Source: Iphione sp. A-MEVVRFRX5 (taxonomy: Eukaryota). From it: a stretch of 64,000 nucleotides of DNA. Below are positions 55,101 to 64,000 of this stretch, piece after piece. Within the stretch, counting starts at the first letter, position 1, and each line of letters opens with the position of its first letter. The notes below the pieces were generated by a model. That model was not told where the DNA came from. It searched no databases and was given only the letters and a program-made list of their open reading frames with translations. A program made the position numbers and the translations under genes. The DNA lies in NCBI GenBank assembly GCA_976226885.1, contig OZ320317.1:77996001-78060000 (forward strand). Direction: 5' to 3'.

Positions 55101-58100
55101 ACATGTAGAGGTTCATAAAGGTTTCTGATATTTCTTGTTACTTTGTGTATGGTGCTCAAATTATATGCAGCGCACAATGTTCACCCATGCCCTTACTATA
55201 ATATGCAAAATCCGTTCATTCGTACGTTATATATTACAAATCTGTGTAATGTGTGAGTAAAACAAATTCACCTAAATGGGTTTGATTTACGATTCTTATA
55301 TTTAGTTCATCATATATGGATCAGGACTTTATATGTCTTCATATCTAATTTATAAATGCTTGCCATGAAAATGTACCATCAATACATCTTGTCTAGAAAA
55401 TGACCTTTTATCATACAGTCATGAAACATCGTATGACGCATAAAATATAATAGATATTTTACTGATACCACATGTACACAGAAAGGATATATTGTCTGCA
55501 GAATATTATTCAAAATATTATGTCAATTCAGGTGAAAATACATGTACCCTGCCTACATCCTAACGGACCTTCGTAATCACAATGAATTCACGATAAGGCC
55601 AGAGCAAAAACTGTGTCCTCTTTGTAGAATAAACCAATCTTCTGTACATTAAACACAAATCATGTGGAGAGAACTATCATAGATAAAGAATTGAGCCTAG
55701 TCGCGAGAGTGCACCGCTGTGAGTGTGTAGTCCACCTACCAAACACCATGTCCACGTAGAGCTGGCGGGCCTCGTAGTCTGTCAGCCGGCGGTCCCAAAA
55801 GACCAGGTCGGCCACGCTGCCCAGACCATACTTGCTGTCCTCATCTGTTGGCTTTCCTATGAGCAATGCGGCCTGGTTGACAGACATGCTGTAGGCCGTG
55901 CCGTTCTTATCTAGATCCACCAGAATGCCATCGATGTACAGGCTGACACCACGTGACTGTGAATAGGTTGTGAGGACGTGGTACCAGCGTGACTGGCTCA
56001 AGGGATGGGAGAGGGGGCCATATTGGCGGTTGCCGTCCCGGACCTGCAGAGTAAGGAGAAGTGTTCGTGAAAAGTGCATATCTGCTGTGTATGCAAGATG
56101 CAGTGCAAATGAAAGCCACCTTACAGACTGATGTCTCATGCACATAAGAAGACGTATCAATAGACTTTGGCTAGTTGATGGGCATAATAGGGAAAATGTT
56201 TTAGGGATGTGTGAGGACCATAAAAATTGCACTGGGAGAATTCAGAGAGACTATGGAAGATAGAAAGTGACAGTGAGGAAATACATAGTAAATATGGGGA
56301 ATGGATAGTAACAGTACCTCAAGGAATAGAAAGAATCAACTTTCCCTTTTTCTGTCTTGGTCTTTGCATCTGTCTCTATCGTTCTTTTTCATCAGATGAT
56401 GGACAATGGGAAAGAGAAAAGGTTTTGTTCTGAGGGATATTACCCATAATAAGCATTTGAACGTCTAACTAGTCTAACTGTAACCTGAGACTCGCGCTGC
56501 ACATAGTAACATCTCACCACATCTTATATTTTCTTGCTCATAATATGAAATGAATAGTGCATAGTAGATCAAAGAGGGCACACCACATACATTTCCTAAG
56601 ATGGTAGCAATTCAGCAAGACATCCTACCTCCAGTGTAAGACGAGGGTTCGAGAAGGAGACCGCTATTCCCTTGCCGACTGATGACTGCCCTCCTGAGGA
56701 CAGGAAGAAGCTGGTGGCTAGCACCTCCTGCGGTACCAACTTCAGCCAAATTCCATAGGTAGCGCCACTATTGCAGACCGCAAAATCATTAAAGCATCCA
56801 CTACCCACCCCGGCAACTTCCAGCCACTGGGATTGCCCGTCAAGTGATACGAAGTCAAAGCCATCATCTGCTTTCACTTCTGGTGAGCCGTTCAGTGTTG
56901 CAGTACCGCTGTTCCCTTGAAGGACATTGCTCTGTCCCCTCATGGGTATATGCACAGTCACGGCTGAAATGAAAGGATTCTTTATCACCATTCATCCATC
57001 TACGACCCTTGATGCATTCAGATTATTTTCTTTCAAAGATAAGAGTACCTATTTGATGAAAGATATTTAACTGCATAAGAAAAGGGAAGGTCAAAAATAT
57101 TGACGAATTGCTTAATGTAGATGATTTCCTTGCGAATCTTACATGAAGCGTCTCGGAGGTATTTGGTATTACAGGAAATGGAAACACAATGCTTACCTGT
57201 TTGGCAAAGTTTACCCAGATAACCCGCGCCACACGTACAAATGTGACCATCAGGTCTTTCTGCGCATGTCCCACCATTTAGACAGGGGGAACTATCACAG
57301 GGATTGCATACCGCCAGTGGTAGAACCTCAGAAAAGGGATTAAGATAAGGTAATTCATTCAAGCTAAAAGGATTTAATTGTTGTACCAATGTGCTATATT
57401 GGTAATTCATATATATAATATATAATTTTGTCAACATAATATAATACAGTTTGAATGGTGATTAGAATAATAAATCTGAAAGGTGCTATCACATGAATGT
57501 ATAACAAGGTTTTTTCAATGTGATACAGAGCAATTGCATTGTTAAGAGCATTTCAACTGGTTCGCAGCCAAAGGACGGATCTCTGGCGTATACTCACAGA
57601 TAATAAAGCAAACCTTGTGTACACTTGTAGAAGAAGATCTCAAAAGGAACTTTGGATCAAGATCACTAGATGTTTAGCTCCCCCCCCCCTTTCCAATAAA
57701 CTCACACAAATCATTCGGTGGCTGATGCATATGAAATCTCTACTTCAGTTGAAATTCCCTCTGGTACCATACGCCATTCCCTTTGACAAGGGCAACACAT
57801 ACATTGTTTTGTTTAAATTCAATTTAGAATTTGGTGTTACTTCTCCTTTAATTTGTCTAATGGAACTGGATTGAAGAGGAGCTGAAAACATATTGGCCCC
57901 TGGTGCAAGCTGATATATGCAAAAAGATTATCATCCAAACCTTTGGAGGTTGATATACATTGCTACCGTATCTCAGGTTGGTGTTTCCTCTGGGAGACAA
58001 TACGAAGGGTTCGGATATAAATAACCCTATTCAATAAATTCAACTACCATCAGTCACTGTCTTACTAAAATTGCTAACTTCGAGCCAGAAGTCTCATCCT

Positions 58101-59046
58101 CATTAGAATAGGCCTGTTCATTTGATAAATAACGAATAATGTACTTGTTATAGTACAACTATATATGAATATTTGATTTTTAATTCAAAATGATATAAAC
58201 ACTCTTCCAAAAAGATGTTGTTTAATGCTCAGTGCATTCTTTGACACTCTATTGTGTAAAATATATAGATGCTGTTAATTATGTAAATTAATGTTAAATT
58301 CTAATTATTTTACAGAATCAGTTCTAGAAAAGATATCTTTGAAAGGGTTTCTATATATTTCTATCGTTATATAAATATTTTTTCCTCAAAATTTTTTTCC
58401 TTAAATTTTATTACTATAGTATTCTAATGTTTGTATCAATGTAAATTAGTTAATTTACACATCCAAAGACATGACTTAAAGTTACTTTATTAGAATACAA
58501 ATTTTAGCAGAACTAATTTTTACAACAGATTCTTCACTAGATGTTCATTTCCTTCGTTTTTAGGTTGCTAATATGGGTATTTGACATTCTTACTGAACTA
58601 CATTGGATACCCCTGTTCCCATGGCTGCCCACAGGTGTATGTTATGCTACAGTTTTTGCAATGATATCAGTCAGGAATGACATGAGCAGTTTATATTGCA
58701 GGTCGTCTTGCATCCATCCTGTATATATGTTTAGCATGTCAAAGAAATCAGTCAGGTTATTGACGTGAATACATGTATTTGTTGTTATAAACACACGTGT
58801 CTAGACTGTGCTCATTAGACCTGCGTTAACAGCATATAGACAGTTTATCCTTGTGGAGATATTTTGGGAAAGGCTCCCATTCACTATGGTAAATTGATGC
58901 AATGTGCAACATAACTTATGTTTCATTAAACAATACAAATAGAAGTAACTATGTATGAGTACGGTACTTGGCTACGTCAACGAAAAGACCTTAAAGTCTC
59001 CTACCATAGCAAAGAGAAAGACGACGTGATGTGGGCATATTTCCAT
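436..59046 (-). CDS. Large multi-exon gene (3' end outside window): polycystin-1/REJ-family-like receptor with EGF x16, LamG, unnamed domain X x4, FTP x2, PAN x3 and fibrinogen-like ectodomain
   Basis: 42 exons with AG/GT boundaries and compatible phases, no in-frame stop, 7856 nt: 59005-59046, 57197-57326, 56629-56963, 55740-56043, 54403-54539, 53003-53510, 50580-50690, 50060-50340, 49547-49754, 48918-49031, 48085-48315, 47234-47467, 46641-46751, 45598-45742, 45204-45304, 44140-44634, 42977-43096, 32602-32715, 31997-32188, 19643-19867, 18971-19084, 17766-18017, 17203-17472, 14209-14271, 13721-13867, 12853-13157, 12387-12603, 11483-11599, 9173-9289, 8638-8751, 8269-8391, 7824-7937, 6809-6931, 6312-6425, 5968-6087, 5413-5523, 4662-4903, 3981-4128, 3471-3623, 1733-1998, 1195-1446, 436-671. 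The family call rests on the REJ-like last three exons; GAIN/GPS, PLAT and TM segments are not in the window. Confidence 0.85.
2984..3322. mobile_element. MITE, PIF/Harbinger (Tourist)-type
   Basis: TAA target duplication at 2981-2983 and 3323-3325; imperfect TIR GGCCTAA..AAAA..TCTGTGTTTCCGGTAAC at both ends. Confidence 0.8.
3471..4903 (-). CDS. Fibrinogen/COLFI-like domain of Caspr/neurexin-IV type, exons 4662-4903, 3981-4128, 3471-3623
   Basis: [30 protein letters not shown]..|[22 protein letters not shown]|..[24 protein letters not shown]. Confidence 0.8.
5413..11599 (-). CDS. Nine tandem EGF exons (EGF8-16)
   Basis: 11483-11599, 9173-9289, 8638-8751, 8269-8391, 7824-7937, 6809-6931, 6312-6425, 5968-6087, 5413-5523; each 111-123 nt, phase 1-1, C-x4-PC-x5-C..C-x-C..G..C spacing. 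Confidence 0.92.
5667..5722. repeat. (GA)n microsatellite
   Basis: Direct reading. Confidence 0.95.
11168..11360. mobile_element. Degenerate MITE related to 2984-3322
   Basis: TTA on both flanks; shares accctacctaccgaccct (inverse of the internal agggtcggt motif) and a gaaacacagata..G(G/A)CC end; left TIR eroded. Confidence 0.55.
12387..13157 (-). CDS. Unnamed domain X copy 4, exons 12853-13157 and 12387-12603
   Basis: ..[32 protein letters not shown]|[18 protein letters not shown]. Confidence 0.85.
13721..14271 (-). CDS. Thr-rich linker exons 14209-14271 (63 nt) and 13721-13867 (147 nt)
   Basis: [21 protein letters not shown] and [49 protein letters not shown]; strong splice sites, phase 1-1. 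Confidence 0.75.
14670..14711 (-). CDS. Candidate 42-nt linker exon ([14 protein letters not shown])
   Basis: tctttatcattctttaaaatag| ... ACCACACGAGCAG|gtagaa; phase 1-1, open, Thr-rich, contains an NAT sequon. Confidence 0.5.
15099..15122 (-). CDS. Candidate 24-nt microexon A (GVAKMTTA)
   Basis: ccttttag|GTGTGGCAAAGATGACAACAGCAG|gtaaag. Confidence 0.65.
15343..15366 (-). CDS. Candidate 24-nt microexon B ([G/S]LAEMTTA)
   Basis: actttcag|GTTTGGCAGAGATGACAACAGCAG|gtaaac. Confidence 0.65.
15952..15975 (-). CDS. Candidate 24-nt microexon C (DLAEMTGA)
   Basis: cctttcag|ATTTGGCAGAGATGACAGGAGCAA|gtaaag; weaker donor. Confidence 0.55.
16197..16220 (-). CDS. Candidate 24-nt microexon D (DSAETTTT)
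   Basis: acctccaag|ATTCAGCTGAGACAACAACAACAG|gtaaag; AAG acceptor is weaker. Confidence 0.55.
16438..16461 (-). CDS. Candidate 24-nt microexon E (DSAEMTAA)
   Basis: cctttcag|ATTCGGCAGAGATGACAGCAGCAG|gtaaag. Confidence 0.7.
16683..16706 (-). CDS. Candidate 24-nt microexon F (DSAETTTA)
   Basis: acctcccag|ATTCAGCTGAGACAACAACAGCAG|gtaagc. Confidence 0.7.
17075..17160. repeat. AT-rich (TAA/ATT)-type simple repeat
   Basis: Direct reading. Confidence 0.8.
17203..18017 (-). CDS. PAN/apple-like domains 2 and 3, exons 17766-18017 and 17203-17472
   Basis: ..[36 protein letters not shown] and [47 protein letters not shown]; both phase 1-1 and alignable by eye to PAN1. Confidence 0.75.
18971..19084 (-). 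CDS. EGF7 exon
   Basis: [38 protein letters not shown]; 114 nt, phase 1-1. Confidence 0.9.
19643..19867 (-). CDS. FTP domain 2, second half (after a 12.1-kb TE-rich intron)
   Basis: [44 protein letters not shown]; 225 nt, phase 1-1. Confidence 0.85.
21151..25422 (-). mobile_element. Full-length, decayed RTE-clade LINE
   Basis: APE endonuclease ([30 protein letters not shown]), RT ([18 protein letters not shown]), C-terminal C..C..GL.SH.RC, 3' tail CCATTGTCTCTTGAGACAGACAGATGCC(AAC)n. 12-bp TSD aagacaaccaat (21139-21150) / aagacaactaat (25423-25434). Many stops and frameshifts. Confidence 0.9.
23595..24245. mobile_element. TA-flanked MITE (Tc1/mariner-like ends) nested in the RTE, carrying ~90-bp and 31-bp tandem repeats
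   Basis: Imperfect TIR (C/T)AG(T/A)GGA..TCAAA(A)TCCAAACAC, TA on both sides; removing it restores RTE codons C-S-Y-H-D-L; 31-bp units such as gaatttggctgtatttcaccaatttttggac at ~23993-24170. Confidence 0.8.
26184..28889 (+). mobile_element. piggyBac-family DNA transposon, pseudogenised (PGBD4-like transposase)
   Basis: Catalytic DDD motifs VSVDET (~27392), YMDNFFSS (~27628), GGVDRPDQ (~27973); KPNKWGIK; frameshifted C-terminal [31 protein letters not shown]|CCCTATCC ... GGATAGGG|TTAA ends. Ends uncertain: alternative left end at 25991 (TTAA|CCCC). Confidence 0.85.
30000..31200 (-). mobile_element. Highly decayed CR1/L2-like LINE RT fragment
   Basis: [13 protein letters not shown] (RT D..KAFD.V.H-like), [39 protein letters not shown]; boundaries approximate. 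Confidence 0.7.
31997..32188 (-). CDS. FTP domain 2, first half
   Basis: [52 protein letters not shown]; 192 nt, phase 1-1. Confidence 0.85.
32602..32715 (-). CDS. EGF6 exon (not in ORF track)
   Basis: [38 protein letters not shown]; 114 nt, phase 1-1. Confidence 0.9.
33695..34484. mobile_element. Possible solo LTR
   Basis: ~790-bp segment bounded by TGTAAC...GTTACA; no TSD found and no second copy in the window. Confidence 0.3.
35250..35458 (-). repeat. Gypsy 3' LTR
   Basis: TGTAGTGG...TGTAACA termini, polypurine tract GGGCAGGGGAGAG immediately upstream (35459-35471), TATATAAA (~35385) and AATAAA (35357-35362); ~105 bp shared with 42024-42127. Confidence 0.8.
42024..42127 (-). repeat. Gypsy 5' LTR, U5-side half
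   Basis: About 11 mismatches over ~103 bp against 35250-35353 (hand count); adjoins the PBS. Confidence 0.8.
42977..43096 (-). CDS. EGF5 exon (not in ORF track)
   Basis: [40 protein letters not shown]; 120 nt, phase 1-1. Confidence 0.9.
44140..44634 (-). CDS. Unnamed domain X copy 3 (single 495-nt exon)
   Basis: ..[48 protein letters not shown]; phase 1-1. Confidence 0.85.
45204..45742 (-). CDS. PAN/apple-like domain 1, exons 45598-45742 and 45204-45304 (not in ORF track)
   Basis: [49 protein letters not shown]|[33 protein letters not shown]; phases 1-2 then 2-1 match. Fold assignment is from Cys spacing only. Confidence 0.7.
46641..46751 (-). CDS. EGF4 exon (not in ORF track)
   Basis: [37 protein letters not shown]; ttctcag| and |gtgagt; 111 nt. 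Confidence 0.9.
47234..48315 (-). CDS. F5/8 type C / fucolectin-like (FTP) domain 1, exons 48085-48315 and 47234-47467
   Basis: [29 protein letters not shown]..|..[23 protein letters not shown], the typical FTP start and end motifs. Confidence 0.85.
48918..49031 (-). CDS. EGF3 exon
   Basis: [38 protein letters not shown]; 114 nt, phase 1-1. Confidence 0.9.
   Translation of the reverse strand: MPVIALLAMPPVLVLVSRISVPTSVFVLRGLSDASVR
49330..49460. repeat. Degenerate (C/T)AGTAGT-type simple repeat
   Basis: Direct reading. Confidence 0.7.
49547..50340 (-). CDS. Unnamed domain X copy 2, exons 50060-50340 and 49547-49754
   Basis: ..[25 protein letters not shown]|[16 protein letters not shown]; acceptor at 50341-50342 is weak but has a CTAAC branch point 25 nt upstream. 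Confidence 0.8.
50580..50690 (-). CDS. EGF2 exon
   Basis: [37 protein letters not shown]; 111 nt, phase 1-1. Confidence 0.9.
51625..52254. mobile_element. Composite Harbinger-type MITE with internal (GA)n at 52084-52128
   Basis: TTA on both flanks; TIR G(A/G)CCCGGTTTCCTTGTG; second internal TIR pair at ~51833 and ~52172; internal hairpin gtctccagaccacggac / gtccgtggtctggagac. Confidence 0.75.
53003..54539 (-). CDS. Unnamed domain X copy 1, exons 54403-54539 and 53003-53510
   Basis: ..[14 protein letters not shown]|[27 protein letters not shown]; the 54403-54539 exon is absent from the ORF track in the coding frame but has ctgcag| and |gtaagt sites. Confidence 0.8.
55740..56963 (-). CDS. Laminin G-like (ConA-like) domain, exons 56629-56963 and 55740-56043
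   Basis: ..[26 protein letters not shown]..|..[34 protein letters not shown]; phases 1-0 then 0-1. Confidence 0.85.
57197..57326 (-). CDS. Exon: signal peptide end + EGF1
   Basis: [43 protein letters not shown]; 6-Cys EGF spacing; donor G|gtaagc. Confidence 0.9.
59005..59046 (-). CDS. First coding exon (signal peptide start)
   Basis: aaccATGG start, [14 protein letters not shown], donor ATG|gtagga in phase 0. It joins the phase-0 acceptor at 57326 to give [25 protein letters not shown], a hydrophobic signal peptide directly before EGF1. An acceptor-like tacttcttcag lies 10 nt upstream of the ATG, so a non-coding exon may precede it. Confidence 0.7.
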
Positions 59047-62000
59047 GGTTACTTTCCTGAAGAAGTATCCTTGTCTTAGAAGATAACCATAGCTCTTTCA
59101 GTTGATCTGTCGCTCCATTGTTCCCCTTCCTGCCTATCTCCTCAAAAGCCGCGATCTGGTCCCCAACTGAACACGTCAGGTTTCAGTCCCCTCTAACCTT
59201 CACCCATGTCCAGGTGGCAATATATATGCTGTGATGAAAGCGCAAAGATTAATACGACCAAGGAGGATTAAAAGCTTTATTAGGACAACCTGTTGACGGG
59301 TCGCTAAACAAACATTGCAGGACTAGAAGGGAGTCAGCTGCTTATACTTTTCATTGTGGCTGGTTTGAGATCTCGTAATCGGAAATCTTTGGATTTGTGG
59401 CATACTGATTAGTCTTGTTGAGTTGTCTTTCGTATTTTGAGGGCAACAACCTGGTTATGAGACCAATGTGTTAAGTCCCCTTCTAAAAATCACGATCTCT
59501 AATCTTAATTTAACTTATCGAATATATCCCTAGTATAAACCACATGCCTCTAAAATTCTAGTTTCCATAAACTCTCCTCCTTTTCTTATTCCCATCCAGC
59601 CAGGCTACAAAGTATGAGTATGCATGAGTAGATCAAGGACTAATAATATACATAATAGATGACGGATACGTCCATCTCACACCTTTAGCTCCGGCCCATC
59701 TGGAGTCGATGGAGTCGCCGAGTCTTACACTCTCATGAGAAGTAAATAATTTATATAACAGACACCCGGCGAGATGTAAGTGCCGTTTACTGACCCCGAC
59801 TATTGGAAGGTTTGAGGAAATCATTAGACCGCCCAGCACGTTACAGTATCGATCGTTGAACGATGCCTGCCTAGGGGTCCCACCCAGAAGCTGTGACCAC
59901 TACGGACATGGTGAGTTTGTGTGCCAACCCTTTGAAATGGGATTGCTGTTTACACAATCTCCTGCTTGTACCAGAAACGGGACAACAATAATCCCCCAGG
60001 CTTTTTTCTTGCCCATTGCCCCCATTCAAGAAAACTTCAACCCTCTGTCTTTTGAGGGATATTGCTCACTCAACTCTCAATAGATGGGTTTAACATAAAG
60101 ATATAACAAGGAAGCTGCAGGGGACGTTACTAGAAGTACAAGCAATGCCATATTTCAACTACTTCCCTTAGAAATACACCTTCTGCATGGTCAGAGTTGT
60201 GCAATTGATCGCGGTAAGTCTTGGAAGGGAACAGTTCGAAGACACTCTATGATTGGAAGACAGCGTAATGGAATGTGAAAACAATACCTCATATTTTCAC
60301 CGTATAAGTGTACACCTCCTTTATAATATGAAAAAACGGGCAAATACAATGGTTACATCGCCTCAGTGATAATGGCATTTAACGTATGGCGGCTATCTTC
60401 CATGCGATCTGGCTCAATGCTAGGGAGTACATGTACACTTATTCTACGATACCTTCTGTTACCAACCAGAGAAACAGGTGTTGTTGGTATAAAGAAACAC
60501 TATTCATCGATACTGCTTGTTGCTTTTCAAGTATTGTATTATGATGTGTGTGTGTGTGCGTGTGCCCGCTGGTCGATACATGATTACGGATGTGGTCCTT
60601 ATTATATGCAATTCAATCTGTTTCAATTTGAGATTAGTGTTACATTTGGAACTTCCTTCTAGGAAAAAACTCTTCCTCTCTATTCTTATTCCCTGCATTA
60701 CAACGTATATGAGTGGAAATTGTAAACATCATAGAGGATACATTTCTACATGTGCCCATATGTCAAATGCGATTGTTAACAGTTTTTATGCATAGTTTAG
60801 GATACGAAGAATGGAATACAGTAACTCTGTCACGGGGGGTGTTCCTCGCTCATGAAAACTGTCTGCACGTCTCAGATCCTGAGAGTATGAATCTGTAGTG
60901 TTGAAAAGTAGTTCTGACTCTGCAGTTTGTCAGATTCTAAAAGTAACAGTCAATGGAATTCCCTTGTTTGTCCATTAAAGTCACCACAAATAAAGTGCAA
61001 GCACTGGTCTTTAATTCAGATCTACTGTTCTTTTATACACCTGTTCCTTAATAACTTCATCCAACCAGGTCTCAGATTGATATTTCAAGATGTTGTGAAA
61101 CATAGTACTCAATTAATCAATTGCTCAATATGCAAGATGACATCAACCTGAGGTACAGCGCACATGTAACAGGGACACAGAGAGCAGGGCCAACATGTTG
61201 CACCAATAAATATAACATTTTTTATTTAGTTCAATGAAAAACGTTTTATCAAGTGCAGAGTTGTTGTTTTTTTCCTTAACATGGCAGCCTTGTCAATGTC
61301 ATATGCCAGATCCTCTGAGTTAACACAACCACTGACTGGATTGCTTTTATTCCCTGTGTACCAGGCGGGTCTGTTAATTAGAATACTCTAAGTGGGCTGA
61401 GCTAATGTCTGATTATCTTTGATGGTTTCTCATTTGTCATCCTTATTTCCAGTTACGGATCTGTAGGCATTTATATGCTCAATGAACTAAACCACCTTCC
61501 AGTCAGATCCACCCTGATTATTGAAGGGCGTCTTCCTGAAAACCTGTTTGTACGTGGTTCTTTTGTACCCAATGTAGAACTACAGCTGGTGTTCTCTTAT
61601 CCTTTTCGTGCTAGTAGCCCTCTGTAGCAGGTTTATATTTTGGGGGTATTTATCAACCAACACAAGTAGTTTACACGGTATGGAATAATAATCTACGCTG
61701 TTTTCACGTATTTTTATACATCTTTTCCTATGGAGCAATTGTTTCTACAATATTATTCTTGTGAAGCTACAGTTTCTTAAGGGTATCAATGCAATCTTAA
61801 TATATACTATTTTGAGGCAGTTACTTACTTCAACAGGAATAACATTGGTTCATTGTTTGGACACAGCATGACTGGGAGCGTTATATTATTCCTAAACTCT
61901 AATGCCTAAACTACTTGATTAATTATGCCATAATACTGGTCTTAACAGACATATTCCAACATTTTGTTTGTAAGTTTTGTATCTATTAGGATATATTATT

Positions 62001-62186
62001 TGAAATGTACAGAAAACATCCTTATTTTAAGGCATACAAGATATATATTCAGAGATTTATACAGAGTTGATATGCAAAACTGTAAACCTTTTCTTATTCA
62101 TAAAATCCTCGACGATGTACCAGAAGTTTAGTGTTAATGAATATTTATTTCCTTCTTCAAAACACAAATTACTTTTTGGTGACACT

Positions 62187-63690
62187 ATTTTTTTTTATAA
62201 CTTTTATTTCAACTGGAATTGACATACTGAAAAGTACTTACATCCAAATATACAGGTTCTCTCATATTGATGAATACATGACAATGAAGTTATAGTGATA
62301 TGAAGATGACAGTACTCTACAAAACTCTTTCATTCTCAAATTGTGTGCCTATCCTTGCTTAATACTCGAACCTTCATACATTCATAATTCTGCAGTTGGC
62401 CTCAGATAAACCCTCGGCTCTAGGGTACCTTCAATGATAAAGTGTGCCCTCTTGTTAACTTTTTAATCTGGAGTTGAAATGCCTTATGATTAAGGCAAGT
62501 AATTTCATTTGATAGTGCCTCCCATAACTTACTACTAACATACTCAGGGGAACACTTATAGGCCTCAGTTTTTGGTCTCTGTACCACAAGTACTTTCCTT
62601 GAAGATCTTCTTGTAGGTAGACCGTCCTGTACTTTCCACGATACCTTTGGATGCGTCAACATGTATAAAATTCTTGGTAACATGCAAATTATTAACCTTC
62701 TTATAACCATAAGCACAGTTAATTATGGCCTTCCTACAGGTCATTAACCTCTTAAATGTTAATGAGTTTGTGTTTGCATGCACAGACAAAGCATAATCTC
62801 CAACTGGCAGTATCATAGTCTTTGCCACGTTGACAGCGTTTGGTCTGTCTATATAATGCCTAATCACCCTCAAGTGAGCTAGTTTTTGGTACAACTTCCA
62901 TGTCAAGAAACATCTGAATTTGGTCAGAGTCAGCTTATCATCCAAAGTTACACCTAGATACATTACTTCTTTTACAACTTGTATCCCATACCTTTCGACT
63001 GCAATGACTCTCGGTATTTCTTCGCATACATGTCCATAATGGAAATGTATAACATATGTTTTCCTCAAGTTAAGCAGTATATATATCTTTCTAGACCATG
63101 CAATGATTGCCGATAAATCAGCAGTCAATTTCATTTGAGCATCAGACACGTCTGTACCAGAGGTAATGAGGGCAATATCATCTGCGTACATAAATACATC
63201 CGAGTACTTCACACACGAAGGCAGAGAATTGATAAAGATGGTAAAGAATAATGGGCCTAAAATGGATCCCTGTGGTACGCCACACTCAACTTTGATTCGT
63301 GGAGACAAAGAACCATTACATTTAACTGCCTGAACATGACCTGTTAAGTATCCTTCAAACCATCTCATGTTCAGATTGGACATTCCCAGTTTACAGAGTG
63401 TTTGTAACAGTACGTCATGCTTAACTGAGTCAAACACCTTTTGCAGGTCAATGAATGCCCCCAAGACTGTGCGTTTTTGATTGAGACCAACATGGATTGT
63501 GTTTATTACATCTAGTATCGCCATCTCTGTGGAATGTCCTTTCTGAAAACCATATTGCCTGGGGGTAAAAATTTCATTTTCCTCAATATAGTCATAGAGG
63601 TTAGTATGTACTACTCGTTCTTGAACCTTTGCAATAAAATTTAAAAAACTGATTGGGCAAAAATCCCGAGGTTCTTTAGCATATCTCTTT
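62187..63690 (-). mobile_element. 5'-truncated CR1/L2-clade LINE (RT plus 3' end)
   Basis: QYGFQKGHSTE, FIDLQKVFDSVKH, GVPQGSILGPLFF, MYADD, YLGVTLDDKL; frameshifted C-terminus; A-rich tail near 62187-62200. Confidence 0.9.
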
Positions 63691-64000
63691 TCAGGTCACG
63701 TAACTCAGAATGAAACACAGAGCTTAATTACTGGAATAGTTTCATTCTTTCATAACTTTAATCTTAGGTATAGTCGTTTTAGAGACACGTCTGTTAGTAA
63801 AGGCCTGCCTGTATATCACAAAGAAGATACATAGCATGACATCTACAGGGGATATACAGTCTGTGAAACGATCGCAAAATACCACCAGTTAAGGGGACTG
63901 CTTTTCCGTGCAGTGGTTGAACATCCAGGCTCCGAGGTGTGGTTTGCAATCATGGGCAGGAACTACCCTGTTTGTATGCTTACATTGGGGTATTGTACTG

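Noticed and set aside
436-59046. Identification as Notch, Crumbs, Caspr/neurexin IV or fibropellin
   Set aside because: No LNR or ankyrin, only one LamG, EGFs lack Ca-binding prefixes, and the ectodomain runs into REJ-like sequence; no gene symbol assigned.
59076-59226. TATA-like TATATAT (59220-59226), TCAGTT Inr-like motif and two short uORFs (59098-59118, 59076-59090)
   Set aside because: A good acceptor at 59057-59058 suggests this stretch is intronic; TATA-Inr spacing (~58 nt) is wrong; not supportable without TSS data.

Overview
Eukaryotic (metazoan invertebrate-type) genomic DNA; the species cannot be determined. About 59 kb of the window is one large minus-strand gene, 436-59046, which runs off the left edge. 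I reconstructed 42 conventional GT-AG exons by hand. They are phase-compatible, stop-free and total 7856 nt (about 2,618 aa). Order N to C: signal peptide, EGF, LamG, X, EGF, X, EGF, F5/8C-fucolectin(FTP), EGF, PAN, X, EGF, EGF, FTP, EGF, PAN, PAN, Ser/Thr linker, X, 9 EGF, Caspr-type fibrinogen-like domain, start of a REJ module. X is an unnamed domain of roughly 160-210 aa present four times. The REJ module suggests a polycystin-1/REJ-family receptor with a heavily shuffled ectodomain. The most unusual feature is a diverged ~245-bp tandem repeat at ~15.0-16.8 kb that looks like intronic satellite. Every unit carries an AG/GT-bounded, 24-nt, phase 1-1, stop-free microexon encoding an 8-aa Thr/Ala-rich peptide, a candidate splice-tunable mucin-like stalk. 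Two long introns hold decayed mobile elements: a full-length RTE LINE with a nested MITE, a piggyBac, a CR1/L2-like fragment, a possible solo LTR, and a Gypsy element with an extra ORF. MITEs, microsatellites and an upstream CR1/L2 LINE complete the window. All calls come from manual reading; no database searches or expression data were used.
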